Program-made: the position numbers and the translations under genes | In this document: in pieces, positions 1 through 9,958 of the stretch | Layout: each line of letters starts with the position of its first letter | Position numbering within the stretch: the stretch's first letter is position 1 | Notes under the pieces: generated by a model | Database searches by the model: none | The model's input: only the letters and a program-made list of their open reading frames with translations | Told to the model about the DNA's origin: nothing | NCBI GenBank assembly: GCA_038245785.1 | Contig: JBBRSB010000001.1 | Coordinates: 224,001-288,000 of the forward strand | Length of the DNA stretch: 64,000 nucleotides | Reading direction: 5' to 3' | DNA from: Gloeobacterales cyanobacterium | GTDB taxonomy: Bacteria > Cyanobacteriota > Cyanobacteriia > Gloeobacterales > PMM-0068

Positions 1-310
1 CAATCCCACAGATGCCAAAAGTCAAGGTTCCAAACAATAAAAAGAGCCAAGGTTTACCGAGTCGGTCGGAACCATAGCCCGCAAACGGATGGGTGAGCGC
101 TTCCATAAAGCGCCCAACTAAGATTGCCAAACCAAAGGTCTGGGGGTCTACGAAAGGAATCCCTTTGTCTGGAGAAGGTACAAAATAGGCAATCAGCCAA
201 AGTTGCAAAACCGTATCCAGAATGGAATAACCTCCAATCCCAAGCGCATAGGCCCAATCGGCACGGTTTTGCTGAGCGGCAGGGGCAACGACAGAAGATG
301 TTTTGGTCAT
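1..310 (-). CDS. MFS transporter, GPH/MelB-like (MFS_2); runs off the window start
   Basis: Manual translation from ATG at 310: MTKTSSVVAPAAQQNRADWAYALGIGGYSILDTVLQLWLIAYF...LVGRFMEALTHPFAGYGSDRLGKPW, matching the GR..DA..DP..G..SDR motif. Not in the ORF track. Confidence 0.75.
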   Translation of the reverse strand, partial: MTKTSSVVAPAAQQNRADWAYALGIGGYSILDTVLQLWLIAYFVPSPDKGIPFVDPQTFGLAILVGRFMEALTHPFAGYGSDRLGKPWLFLLFGTLTFGICGI

Positions 311-516
311 GCCCTCAAGCCTACAAGCTCAAGGTCATAGATAGAAACCAGTTTAGGACAATTTTTAAACTGCCCTAGGAGGATAGAACTTCTAGCTTTT
401 TTAAGGAAGTTACGAAAGAGGCTGTCACCTTGATTTCCAGCTATAGCTCTCTTCACCGCCCCTCAATGACTCATGAAATCAGCGTTAAGATCGAAGGTAG
501 GAATGGAGAAAGAATT

Positions 517-1236
517 GTGATTCGTCTCTTGGTTAATCTATTAGTCGCTGTAATTGACATTCTTTATAGGAATCGTCCATATCCCCGTTTCTACGTATTA
601 GAAACGGTAGCTCGTGTTCCTTATTTTGCTTTCCTTTCTGTTCTTCACCTTTATGAAACAGTAGGAGCATGGCGCAAGGCCGATTGGCTTAAAATTCACT
701 TTGCAGAATCTTGGAATGAACTACACCATCTGTTAATTATGGAATCTCTCGGAGGTAATCGACACTGGACTGACCGTTTACTCGCCCGTTCCACAGCAGT
801 CTTCTATTACTGGATTGTGGTGCCTTTATATGCCTTCTCTCCTCGTTCCGCCTACTACTTTATGGAACTGGTAGAAAGCCACGCTTTCCACACCTACGAC
901 ACGTTTCTGAAAGAGAATGAGGCAGAACTCAAAGCCCAACCAGCCCCTCAGATCGCAGTTGACTACTATCGGGAAGGAGATCTGTACATGTTTGATGAGT
1001 TTCAAACTTCTCGTCAGCTTTCTGAACGCAGACCCTCTGTAGATAATCTCTACGATGTGTTTATCAACATCCGAGATGATGAATCAGAGCACGTGAAAAC
1101 GATGATCGCCTGCCAACATCCGGATGCACAGCAGACCTTCAAGAGTCCACACAGCAGCCCTGGCCTCAAAGGTAAACAAGGTGAAGTTCTAGTTGCCAAG
1201 GAGCTTATTGGCAAGGAACTGGAGGAGGTGAGTTAG
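517..1236 (+). CDS. ptox: Plastoquinol terminal oxidase / alternative oxidase (PTOX)
   Basis: RFYVLETVARVPYF, ESWNELHHL, ELVESHAFHTY and DESEH di-iron motifs. GTG at 517 preferred over the track start at 430. Confidence 0.92.
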   Translation: MIRLLVNLLVAVIDILYRNRPYPRFYVLETVARVPYFAFLSVLHLYETVGAWRKADWLKIHFAESWNELHHLLIMESLGGNRHWTDRLLARSTAVFYYWIVVPLYAFSPRSAYYFMELVESHAFHTYDTFLKENEAELKAQPAPQIAVDYYREGDLYMFDEFQTSRQLSERRPSVDNLYDVFINIRDDESEHVKTMIACQHPDAQQTFKSPHSSPGLKGKQGEVLVAKELIGKELEEVS

Positions 1237-2300
1237 CTAAGAGCTGCCACGGAAACCCGAGCGGCTACTCTTCCGGCTAAGGTCCTGAAGGCTTCGGCGG
1301 AAGCACTTTCGGGATGAGCAACGACCATAGGGCGACCTTCATCGCCGCCCTCTCGGACTAACATTTCCTGTGGTACTTCTCCTAAAACATCTACCCCAAT
1401 CTCTTTAGCAAATTTTTCAGTCTCGCCATTGCCATAGAGGTAGTAGCGCTTATCGGGAACATCCGGTGGGATGAAATAGCTCATGTTCTCCACTAAGCCG
1501 AGAATCGGAACGCCAAGCTGCTGGAACATTCTTAATCCCTTGCGGGCATCATGGAGGGCAACACGCTGAGGGGTAGTAACAATGATTACTCCAGCCATGG
1601 GCACCGCTTGGGCCAAAGTTAACTGCGCGTCCCCTGTCCCAGGAGGCATATCGATAATCAGGTAATCCAAGACTCCCCAGTTCACCTGATAGAGAAATTG
1701 GCGAATAATGCCATTGAGCATCGGGCCTCGCCAGACTACAGGCTGGTCTTCGGCAATTAGCAAAGCCATCGAAACTAGCTTGACACCATAGTTATCAAGC
1801 GGCTCTAAACGGTCTCCTTGGGGTGTGTTCTCTACCGCTACAGGGACCCCTTGCACCCCCATCATGATCGGAACATTGGGGCCATAGATGTCAGCATCGA
1901 TGATGCCTACTTTGGCACCCGTTTGGGCAAGGGCCACCGCTAAATTGACAGCGACTGTAGACTTTCCGACTCCACCTTTACCACTGGAAACGGCAATGAT
2001 ATTGCGAACGCCCGGAATCCCTTCTTTCCCCGGCAGTTCTCTCTGCTGAGGCGTTTCTGACGTTATATCAATATGAACCGTAGACACTCCGGTCACTTCC
2101 TTCACGGCCGTTGTGCATTCTTCGACAATAAAGTCCTTCAGCGGACAGGCAGGAGTGGTCAAGACCAGGGTAAAAGTCACCGCCCCTTGGTCATCTACCT
2201 GCAGATTCCGAATCATATTCAGCTCAACCAAAGACCGATGCAGTTCTGGGTCTTGGACAGGGCGCAAAGCTTCTAAAACACTTTCTAAGGCGAGAGGCAT
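1233..2300 (-). CDS. mrp: Mrp/NBP35 (ApbC) Fe-S cluster carrier ATPase
   Basis: N-terminal DUF59-like DPEL...TTPACP, then SGKGGVGKST, DADIYGP, WRGPM and DMPPGTGD motifs. Confidence 0.95.
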   Translation of the reverse strand: MPLALESVLEALRPVQDPELHRSLVELNMIRNLQVDDQGAVTFTLVLTTPACPLKDFIVEECTTAVKEVTGVSTVHIDITSETPQQRELPGKEGIPGVRNIIAVSSGKGGVGKSTVAVNLAVALAQTGAKVGIIDADIYGPNVPIMMGVQGVPVAVENTPQGDRLEPLDNYGVKLVSMALLIAEDQPVVWRGPMLNGIIRQFLYQVNWGVLDYLIIDMPPGTGDAQLTLAQAVPMAGVIIVTTPQRVALHDARKGLRMFQQLGVPILGLVENMSYFIPPDVPDKRYYLYGNGETEKFAKEIGVDVLGEVPQEMLVREGGDEGRPMVVAHPESASAEAFRTLAGRVAARVSVAALS

Positions 2301-2385
2301 TTCTTTATCTAGCTATATCCGTGCATTATAGGCGGGAGTGTGTGCACCTTCGCTCAAGACTAGCTACGCTGAAGGCAGGTAATTC

Positions 2386-2416
2386 ATTTGACGAATTTGA
2401 CGAAAGTGAATAAATT
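2386..2416 (+). promoter_or_regulatory. Sigma70-type promoter of the RES-Xre operon with a tandem ATTTGACGA repeat
   Basis: TTGACG (2388-2393), 17 bp, TAAATT (2411-2416). ATTTGACGA occurs twice at 2386-2403. Confidence 0.6.
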
Positions 2417-2422
2417 GAAGAT

Positions 2423-3163
2423 ATGAGCATTACGCGTAAGAAAAGAAGTAAGGCGGACTCTATAACCGGAAAGCAGACGCGCTCCTGGCAGGCCGTGGCT
2501 GAGCGTTTGCTACTCCATCCTGAGTCTCATGAATTTGAGGTTGACAACCTCTCTGATCAAATTCGTGTTCTGTTCAATGAAGCTCCAGCCCTTGAGCAAC
2601 TAAGTCGCAATCCAGTCAAGCTTGCCCTCTATGAAAGCGCCTCCAAAGCCTTGCTGGAAGCGGCCTTAAATCTAACTGAAACTGAGCTTCCTGAAGCTGG
2701 ACTTTCGGGTGAAGAAATTATTTTCTGCTTAATGCAGCATTTGCCCGCAGACTCTAGCCGAGATCCATTCTTCAACGCGAGAATGCGTGGTTTGCAGCGT
2801 CGCCAGGCCTTACTGCAAACGGAAGGTACTTCACTCTCTGCTGTGGAAGCGGCACAAATTTTAGGCATCAGTCGCCAGATGGTTGATATTCGCCGCAAAA
2901 AAGGAAAATTGATTGGCATTCGAGCCAGGGGGCGCAGGTATTCATATCCTTCTTGCCAATTCACCGAACAGGGAAATGTCTTACCTGGATTGGAAAAGGT
3001 ACTTAGCACTTTTGAAGATAAAGACCCCTGGATGCAGTTATCTTTTTTAGTTTCTCCCAATGATTGGCTAGACGGAGCTAGTCCCCTAGACCTCTTGCGC
3101 AAAGGAGCCGTTGACGAAGTGCTTCGTGCTGCTTATTCTTCCGGTAAGCAGGGTGGAGCGTGA
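2423..3163 (+). CDS. Xre/MbcA/ParS-like antitoxin (HTH plus C-terminal toxin-binding domain)
   Basis: LSAVEAAQILGISRQMV HTH, YSYPSCQF, FLVSPNDWLDGASPLDLL; GTGA overlap with the RES gene. Confidence 0.8.
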   Translation: MSITRKKRSKADSITGKQTRSWQAVAERLLLHPESHEFEVDNLSDQIRVLFNEAPALEQLSRNPVKLALYESASKALLEAALNLTETELPEAGLSGEEIIFCLMQHLPADSSRDPFFNARMRGLQRRQALLQTEGTSLSAVEAAQILGISRQMVDIRRKKGKLIGIRARGRRYSYPSCQFTEQGNVLPGLEKVLSTFEDKDPWMQLSFLVSPNDWLDGASPLDLLRKGAVDEVLRAAYSSGKQGGA

Positions 3164-3717
3164 CTTCCAGGGTTCCACGACATCCCAATCCTCCCAAAAG
3201 CCTGCGTGACCAGGAACTGCCCCTTATCGAGCAGAAGGGACCTTGGCTGCGCATCCACCAAAAACAATATGAATGTATTCATTTTGGGCGGAGGGCGTCA
3301 GGCCGTTTCGATGATCCTCAAATAGTCTATGGAGTTCTCTACTTAGGCGAGGACTACCATGCGGCGTTTATAGAAACGCTTGGATGGCAGACGGGGAAGA
3401 AAGACATAACCCTAAGAGCGCTTCAAGAGCGGATGCTCTCTCAAGTTACGAGCACAAATCCATTGCGTATTGTTGACCTTACAGGGCCAGGGCTCAGCAA
3501 GATTGGCGCAGACGCAGACCTCTGTACTGGACGCAGTCGAACCCTCACGCAGAAGTGGAGTCGTGCTATTTGGGCACACCCTAGCAAGCCAGATGGTATC
3601 CGCTATATTTCGCGCCATGATCCAAGGCGCTTCTGTTGTGTGCTTTTTGACCAAGTAGAACCTTTGTTACGCGTACAAAATTTGGCAACCCTGGAAGCCT
3701 CAAGTATCGCCGGGTAG
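3160..3717 (+). CDS. RES-domain toxin (NAD+ phosphorylase family); probably shortened by an in-frame amber codon, with the likely natural end at 3762
   Basis: GRFDDP, YGVLYLG, AFIETL and DGIRYISRHDP carry the R, E and S residues. Confidence 0.85.
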   Translation: MTSRVPRHPNPPKSLRDQELPLIEQKGPWLRIHQKQYECIHFGRRASGRFDDPQIVYGVLYLGEDYHAAFIETLGWQTGKKDITLRALQERMLSQVTSTNPLRIVDLTGPGLSKIGADADLCTGRSRTLTQKWSRAIWAHPSKPDGIRYISRHDPRRFCCVLFDQVEPLLRVQNLATLEASSIAG

Positions 3718-3939
3718 ACAGGTCAAATTATGGACAATTACGGGTTTAGCCTTATAGGGTAGTAATGACGATGGGTAGAAGCGTCCACCGATTGTATCGA
3801 ATGCTCTAGCTTTTTCCAATGTCCCAACAGAGTTGTTGCGGTAATTGTTTGATAACTCGCTGAAACGGAGCAAAATCGTGCAAACCGTGGGACAGAATTA
3901 ATGCGCCCTGAATAGCAATCATGGCATCTTCTCCACGCG

Positions 3940-4088
3940 AGGAGCAAGCGCACCCCCAATTCGTCTTCTAAGCGCAATACGGCTCGACTCACCCCTGAAG
4001 GAGCCATTCCCAGCTGTTGTGCCGCCCTCGAAAAGTTGCAGCATTGAGCGGAGCGCATAAAGATCATCAGGCTTTTTAGTTTGTCCAT
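3940..4088 (-). pseudogene. LysR-family regulator, HTH fragment only
   Basis: MDKLKSLMIF...NFSRAAQQLGMAPSGVSRAVLRLEDELGVRLL, after which similarity is lost. Confidence 0.8.
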
Positions 4089-4331
4089 GAACTAACCCAA
4101 CGCATTTTTGATCTTTTTGCATAACTGTTTTGAATTGTAATTACATTTTCTCTTTTTCTGTACAAGCTACTGTTTGAGCAAGATTAGATTTCAAGTACAC
4201 AGATTGGGTTAAAAACATGCCATATCAAACAAATACAGAACGCTTCATCATTCAAAATTTCAGCCTTTAGAGAGGGTAATTTTCTGAAAGCTAGTTGCTA
4301 GGTTAACCATTAAGAATCAAGGAAGAAAAAA

Positions 4332-5225
4332 ATGACAAATTCAAATCAAATCATTCTCGTGACGGGCGCAACTGGAAACCAAGGCGGCATGGTGGCGCGT
4401 CATCTATTACAACGCGGAAAGTTTACAGTTCGTGCCTTGGTGCGTGAACAAAACAAGCCTGAAGCCCAAGCGCTCAAGCAAGCGGGCGCAGAACTCGCAG
4501 AAGGAGATTTCAGCGACCGCGCTTCCCTTGACCGCGCTCTGCAAGGGGTCTCCGGCATTTTTTCAATGCAGGACTTCCGAGATGGAACGGAAACCGAAAT
4601 TCGTGAGGGCAAGGCTGTCGCAGACGCATCAAAAGCAGCAGGCATCCAGCATTTTGTTTACAGTTCGGTCGGTAGCGCAGAACGCAACACGGGCATCCCG
4701 CATTTTGACAGCAAGTTTCAGCTCGAAGAATACATCCGCGCCATCGAGTTACCCTACACGATTCTGCGTCCGGTGTTCTTCTTCTATAACTACAACATGA
4801 TGCGCCCGATGGTTGAAAATGGAACGCTCCCCCAGCCGCTTAGTCCCGATACAAAATTGCAGCAACTTTCTGAAGAAGATTATGGGGCAATGGTCGCTGA
4901 AGTGTTTGAGCGCCCCTCAGATTTTTTGAACCGCGAACTGGAAGTCGCCAGTGTGGACATGACCATGACGGAAATTGCAGCGGCGTTCAGTCGAGTGTTG
5001 GGAAAACCCGTCAACTACCAACAAATTCCATTTGAGGCGTTCGAGCAGCAAGCTGGCGAGGAGGTAACTATCATGTATCGCTGGTTTGAGAATGTTGGCT
5101 ACGCAGCGGATTTGGCGCAGTTGGAACGAGAGTTTGCCAAATTGAGCGACTTTGAATCCTACTTGCGTGCTCGCGGCTGGGCAAAGCCTGTAGAAAGTGC
5201 GTCCACTACTGGATCAAGAGGGTAA
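4332..5225 (+). CDS. NmrA/HSCARG family NAD(P)-binding protein
   Basis: ILVTGATGNQGG, HFVYSSVG, PHFDSK. Confidence 0.9.
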   Translation: MTNSNQIILVTGATGNQGGMVARHLLQRGKFTVRALVREQNKPEAQALKQAGAELAEGDFSDRASLDRALQGVSGIFSMQDFRDGTETEIREGKAVADASKAAGIQHFVYSSVGSAERNTGIPHFDSKFQLEEYIRAIELPYTILRPVFFFYNYNMMRPMVENGTLPQPLSPDTKLQQLSEEDYGAMVAEVFERPSDFLNRELEVASVDMTMTEIAAAFSRVLGKPVNYQQIPFEAFEQQAGEEVTIMYRWFENVGYAADLAQLEREFAKLSDFESYLRARGWAKPVESASTTGSRG

Positions 5226-5249
5226 AACGACGACAGCTGGAGAGCGACC

Positions 5250-5438
5250 ATGAAAGCTGCAATTCTAAAAACGTTTGGATCGCCACTCGCTGTCGGGACC
5301 TTGCCCGACCCGCTCCTGGGCACGGGGGAAGTCGTCGTTGATGTCGTAGCATCTGATGTTCTACCCTATGCGAACAAAGCCGTCGCACACGCGGCCGCCA
5401 ACTGTGGTCCCTTCAAGTTGACAGCGATCTGGCCGTGA
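5250..5438 (+). pseudogene. Zn-dependent alcohol dehydrogenase, N-terminal fragment
   Basis: MKAAILKTFGSPLAVGTLPDP..GTGEVVVDV; only about 40 residues look homologous. Confidence 0.7.
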
Positions 5439-5487
5439 GTAGTATTGGAATCAAAAACTAGGTTAATGAATTTATAGGAGTTACAAA

Positions 5488-6417
5488 ATGTCAAAAGCAG
5501 TACGCTTTGATCACTATGGAAATGTTGATGTTCTTGAGGTCATCGATGTCGAACGACCTTTGCCCAGTGCAGGTCGGATTCTAGTGCGTGTGCTCGCTGC
5601 CGGTACTAATCCGGGCGAGATCGCTATACGCGAAGGTCGACTCGACAAGCAGTTCCCGGCGACATTCCCGTCGGGGCAGGGGACAGACTTCGCTGGGATA
5701 GTTGCTGAACTCGGAGACGACGTAACCGAGCCCGGCGTGGGTACTGCGGTCATGGGCTGGTCAAACGAGCGCTCTGCCCAGGCCGAGTTTGTCGCTGTCC
5801 CTGCCGACCAACTCGTCGTCAAGCCTGAATCTCTTGACTGGAACGTGGCGGGTGCACTCTTTGTCGTCGCATCGACGGCAACCGCAGCCGTCGCCGCTGT
5901 TGCACCCCAACGGGGGGAAACCGTTCTGGTATCTGGTGCGTCTGGCGGAGTGGGGTCACTTGTCGCTCAGTTGGTTCTGCGTACTGGGGCCTCCGTCGTT
6001 GGTACTGCCGGATCGTCGCACCACGACTGGTTGCGATCGCTGGGTATCACGCCAATCGGCTACGAAAACGACTTGGCAGAGAGCTTAGGTCACGTGGCTC
6101 CGGATGGCTTTGATGCTGTAATCGACACCACAGGTCACGGCTACGTCGATCTGGCAATCAAGCTGGGGGTTGAGCCGAATCGCATCAACACGATTATCGA
6201 TTTCGCAGCGGCAAGCCAACACAGGGTTCACACCGACGGAAGCTCTGCGGCTGAGTCGAGTACTGTTCTCGCTGAGATAGCCAAACTGGTCTCAGACAGT
6301 GAGTTGCAGGTTCCAGTGGCAGACGTGTACGACCTCAAAGATGTGCGCCAGGCATACACTGAGTTAGCGAAAGGGCACACGGGCGGCAAGATCGTGCTTC
6401 GGGTTGCTGCACCTTGA
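5488..6417 (+). CDS. NADP-dependent quinone oxidoreductase (MDR family)
   Basis: RVLAAGTNP, GTDFAG, VLVSGASGGVG, GHTGGKIVL; visibly GC-richer than its neighbours. Confidence 0.9.
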   Translation: MSKAVRFDHYGNVDVLEVIDVERPLPSAGRILVRVLAAGTNPGEIAIREGRLDKQFPATFPSGQGTDFAGIVAELGDDVTEPGVGTAVMGWSNERSAQAEFVAVPADQLVVKPESLDWNVAGALFVVASTATAAVAAVAPQRGETVLVSGASGGVGSLVAQLVLRTGASVVGTAGSSHHDWLRSLGITPIGYENDLAESLGHVAPDGFDAVIDTTGHGYVDLAIKLGVEPNRINTIIDFAAASQHRVHTDGSSAAESSTVLAEIAKLVSDSELQVPVADVYDLKDVRQAYTELAKGHTGGKIVLRVAAP

Positions 6418-6517
6418 CTCATCAGCTACGCACTTTGCCTGATATCTGGAAGTACTTGACAAGTAGGAAGAGGCAAGAGCGATCAAGCGATGAGAACCTG
6501 CCAATGTCTGGTTGGGA

Positions 6518-6638
6518 CGGTACTATTCCGTTAGTCTGATGACGCAGCTTTCGTAGCCGGTCAGACTATTAATATTGATGGTAGAAATAACTTCGTTTAG
6601 AGCAGAGAAATGCCGTCAGATTTGGATGTCCATAGACC
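6518..6638 (+). repeat. 121-bp dispersed repeat, copy 1 (decayed SDR 3' end plus downstream spacer)
   Basis: Aligns without gaps to 12256-12376; encodes ..SDDAAFVAGQTINIDGRNNFV*. Confidence 0.85.
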
Positions 6639-6697
6639 GCTTTTTGACTCAAATATTTGTTCAATTTGGTAAGACTTTAACACCCAGTATAGGAACC

Positions 6698-7591
6698 ATG
6701 ACTAGACAACAGCCCTTAACAATTGATGCTGCCAGCGACGAATCCATTTCAAAAATTGGTCCGAGTGCGCCAGTTCTCTCTAGTCAAAAAGTATTTTGGG
6801 ATGGAGTTAAAATTAGCTATTACAAATTCTACGCTGCCGTTGAGACACCTGAGCATTGTTTCTCGCAGCATCTGATTACAATTCATCTCAATCACGCAGT
6901 AGTCAAGAAAGAGCAATCGTTAAATGGTCATCTACAATATGATAAATTTAGAAACGGCGACATCTGTTTAATCCCTGCAAGTGCTCCTGTATTAGTCCGT
7001 TTGCAGGATGCAAGCAAGTTTATTTCTCTACACCTCGAACCAACATTTATAAGACAGATTGCGGCTGAGGTGGCCGATCCTGATCGACTTGAGCTTGTAC
7101 CCCAATTCAAGTTAAATGACCCGCTAATTTATCAAATTGGGATGGCGCTAAAAGCAAATCTTGAGTCTGAGAGTATAGGCAGTCGCCTCTATACCGAGTC
7201 AATGGCAACCGCACTTTCTGCTCATTTGCTCCAGCACTACTCGACACAAAAGCCCAAAATCAAAAGCTATTCTTATGGATTATCGCAGGCTCAATTACGA
7301 CAGGTGACTGAATATATTCATCAGCATTCAGCGCAGAATCCTAGCCTAACGAGCTTGGCTGAAATTGTACATATGAGTCCTTATTACTTTAGCCGTTTGT
7401 TTAAACAATCAACAGGATTCGCTCCACATCAGTATTTACTCAAATGTCGGATCGATCGGGCGAAACGGCTAATCAAAGCTACAGAGCTATCGATCGCTGA
7501 CATTGCAGGTCAGGTCGGCTTTGTCGATCAAAGTCACCTCAACCGACATTTCAAGCGTCATTTTGGTGTTTTACCCAGCCAGTTCCGCTAG
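6698..7591 (+). CDS. AraC-family transcriptional regulator
   Basis: C-terminal LAEIVHMSPYYFSRLFKQSTG...IAGQVGFVDQSHLNRHFKR; ATG at 6698 follows AGGA. Confidence 0.92.
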   Translation: MTRQQPLTIDAASDESISKIGPSAPVLSSQKVFWDGVKISYYKFYAAVETPEHCFSQHLITIHLNHAVVKKEQSLNGHLQYDKFRNGDICLIPASAPVLVRLQDASKFISLHLEPTFIRQIAAEVADPDRLELVPQFKLNDPLIYQIGMALKANLESESIGSRLYTESMATALSAHLLQHYSTQKPKIKSYSYGLSQAQLRQVTEYIHQHSAQNPSLTSLAEIVHMSPYYFSRLFKQSTGFAPHQYLLKCRIDRAKRLIKATELSIADIAGQVGFVDQSHLNRHFKRHFGVLPSQFR

Positions 7592-7594
7592 ATG

Positions 7595-7632
7595 ACAAGA
7601 ATGTACTGGCAAAAAGCAAGATCGTCCAAGAC
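7595..7632 (+). promoter_or_regulatory. Putative AraC-type direct-repeat operator
   Basis: CAAGAATGTAC and CAAGATCGTCC repeated about 21 bp apart between the AraC gene and the cupin operon. Confidence 0.4.
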
Positions 7633-7689
7633 GATCGAGTTTCATTTTCCTATGATTTGTATAGATTGGTCAGTCGAGGTATTCATAAT

Positions 7690-8190
7690 ATGAATCATTC
7701 AAACGCACCTATTCCTTTTTTATCAAATCGAGAAGATGCTCCCGCATACTGGAATGTAGACATTTTGTGGATCATCCTTGCCAGTAGCGAGCAGACTGGA
7801 GGCTCCTACTGCTTGCTAGAACAGTTTTGTCCTAAAAATTCGGGTCCACCGCCCCATTATCACGAGCAAGATGAGGGGTTTTATCTTCTAGAAGGAGAAG
7901 TCACCTTTCAAGCAGGTGATGAAATTTTGAAGGCTCAGGGTGGCTTTTCTGTCTCGATTCCGCGCGGTACGGTTCATTCGTTTCGTGTCGATAGTGAAGT
8001 CGCACATATTCTCAACTTCTATACGCCTGGTGGATTCGAGCAAATGATCGTCGAAACAAGTCAGCCAGCGCTGACGCGTACTCTGCCACCACCAGGAAAC
8101 GTCAGATCCACTTCCCCTGGTGACTTTAAGGAAGTATTTAACAAGATTGGAATGTATTGGGTTGATTCACCAGACTCGCTCCGCTTGTGA
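7690..8190 (+). CDS. Cupin-domain protein (quercetin 2,3-dioxygenase-like)
   Basis: GPPPHYHEQDEGFYLLEGE and IPRGTVHSF cupin motifs. Confidence 0.88.
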   Translation: MNHSNAPIPFLSNREDAPAYWNVDILWIILASSEQTGGSYCLLEQFCPKNSGPPPHYHEQDEGFYLLEGEVTFQAGDEILKAQGGFSVSIPRGTVHSFRVDSEVAHILNFYTPGGFEQMIVETSQPALTRTLPPPGNVRSTSPGDFKEVFNKIGMYWVDSPDSLRL

Positions 8191-8247
8191 GCAAACTCCG
8201 ATCGATATCTACTGACACAACACAACAGTTAAATTTTGGAGAATAAT

Positions 8248-9138
8248 ATGCCACAAAAAATTTTAGTAGCAGGCGCAACAGGTAATCTAGGCGAACGAAT
8301 CGTTAAAGCTTTGATAAAAAGAGGGGCACAAGTACGTATCCTTAACCGCAAAGAAACCGACCCAGCGAAAACCAAGAAACTAACCGAACTTGGTGCGGAG
8401 GTAATTGCAGTAGATATGTCAGATGTTGAAGAGCTTAAACTTGCCTGTCAAGACGTGTCCTGTGTTGTCTCTGCTTTGGCAGGGCTACATGAGGTAATCG
8501 TAGATTCCCAAACGCAATTGCTTGATGCAGCCATCGCTGCGGGCGTACCCCGCTTCATTCCGTCTGATTATTCATCTGACTTTACCAAAATGCCTGAAGG
8601 TGAAAACCGAAATTTTGATCTCAGAAAAGAGTTCCATCAATATCTAGACAAATCGCCAATTGCCGCAACATCGATCCTCAATGGTGCTTTTGCAGATATC
8701 TTGAGCTACGGCACGCCACTTTATCAGCCAAAGGATTATAGTGTCGGCTATTGGGGAGATAACCCAGACTGGAAAGTAGACTTTTCGACGATGGACAACA
8801 CGGCAGACTATACTGCCGCAGCCGCGTTAGACTCGACTACTCCAAGAATTCTTCGGATTGCCAGTTTCCAAATTAGTCCAAACGAATTGATTGCTGTAGG
8901 CGAAGAAGTTAAAAAGACAAAATTTAAGCTCGTCCCGCTGGGAAGCTTGGCAGATTTTTCTGCCTCCAACAAACAAGCACGAGCGGCACATCCAGAAGGA
9001 GAACAAGAGATGTATCCGCAGTGGCAAGCGATGCAGTATTTGTACAGTATGTTCATTGTGCAAAATCAACCACTGGACAACGATCGCTATGCTGATGTTC
9101 AGTGGACTAGCGCGATTGATGTCATTTCAAAAATCTAG
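8248..9138 (+). CDS. NmrA-like / isoflavone-reductase-like oxidoreductase
   Basis: ILVAGATGNLG, AAIAAGVPRFIPSDY. Confidence 0.88.
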   Translation: MPQKILVAGATGNLGERIVKALIKRGAQVRILNRKETDPAKTKKLTELGAEVIAVDMSDVEELKLACQDVSCVVSALAGLHEVIVDSQTQLLDAAIAAGVPRFIPSDYSSDFTKMPEGENRNFDLRKEFHQYLDKSPIAATSILNGAFADILSYGTPLYQPKDYSVGYWGDNPDWKVDFSTMDNTADYTAAAALDSTTPRILRIASFQISPNELIAVGEEVKKTKFKLVPLGSLADFSASNKQARAAHPEGEQEMYPQWQAMQYLYSMFIVQNQPLDNDRYADVQWTSAIDVISKI

Positions 9139-9191
9139 CGCCCTTATCAGCTGTGTCTCAAATTCTTAGTCCTAGAACCTTGTGAGAAAGT

Positions 9192-9499
9192 ATGCAAATG
9201 CTAAATAGTGACTCAGCAACCTTTGATCAACAATTTAAGCATCGGACGGCTGAGGTCAACGGTGTTCGTATCCATTATGTGATAGGTGGCAGCGGTGAAG
9301 CCGTCGTGCTTTTGCACGGTTTTCCGCAGACTTGGTACGAATGGCACAAAATCATGCCCGCGCTTGCCGCAAAATATACGGTTATTGCGCCAGACCTACG
9401 TGGTCTCGGCGAGTCTTCTCGTCCCGCGCCAAATTACGAAGCGCACAGCGTTGCTGAAGACGTTCATCAATTGGTTCAACAACTTGGCTTCAAACAGAT
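9192..9499 (+). pseudogene. Alpha/beta hydrolase (epoxide hydrolase-like), truncated by the IS3 remnant
   Basis: VVLLHGFPQTWYEW and APDLRGLGES present; the sequence switches to the IS end just before the nucleophile motif. Confidence 0.85.
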
Positions 9500-9893
9500 T
9501 GACCTTTCCCCGATTTAGTAGACATTCCCGAAGAGTCGATAACTTAGGAGAATGTTCACATGAGTAAAAAACCGCGCAGGATATTTACAGACGAACAGAA
9601 AGCTGAGGCAGTTCGCATCGTCACTCAATCTGGCAAACCCGTTAGCCAAGTTGCCAAAGAAATGGGTCTGACCGAGCTTCGGCAAGCTCAGCTACCAAAA
9701 GCGCCCTCCGACAATGGGTCAAACGAGCCCAAAACGACCATCGCGGAGTGGATTGAGGTGTTTTACAACCGACAGCGCCTACACTCGATGATTGGATACC
9801 TTTCCCCTGTTCAGTTTGAGGAGGATTACTGGTTCACCCTAGATCATTAGATGGCAGCCTAACTTACCTGTCCACTTTTTCGGAGTAAGGTAA
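9500..9893 (+). mobile_element. Internally deleted IS3-family element (394 bp)
   Basis: Imperfect 25-bp terminal IRs (TGACCTTTCCCCGATTTAGTAGACA and TGTCCACTTTTTCGGAGTAAGGTAA, 18/25 match). The ORF fuses the OrfA HTH to the OrfB C-terminus (WIEVFYNRQRLHSMIGYLSP). Confidence 0.88.
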
Positions 9894-9958
9894 CTTTGGA
9901 CCTCATTAAAGGGGCAGGTTAAGTGAAGTCTCAAGTGCTTGAGATGAAGTCCTTAATG

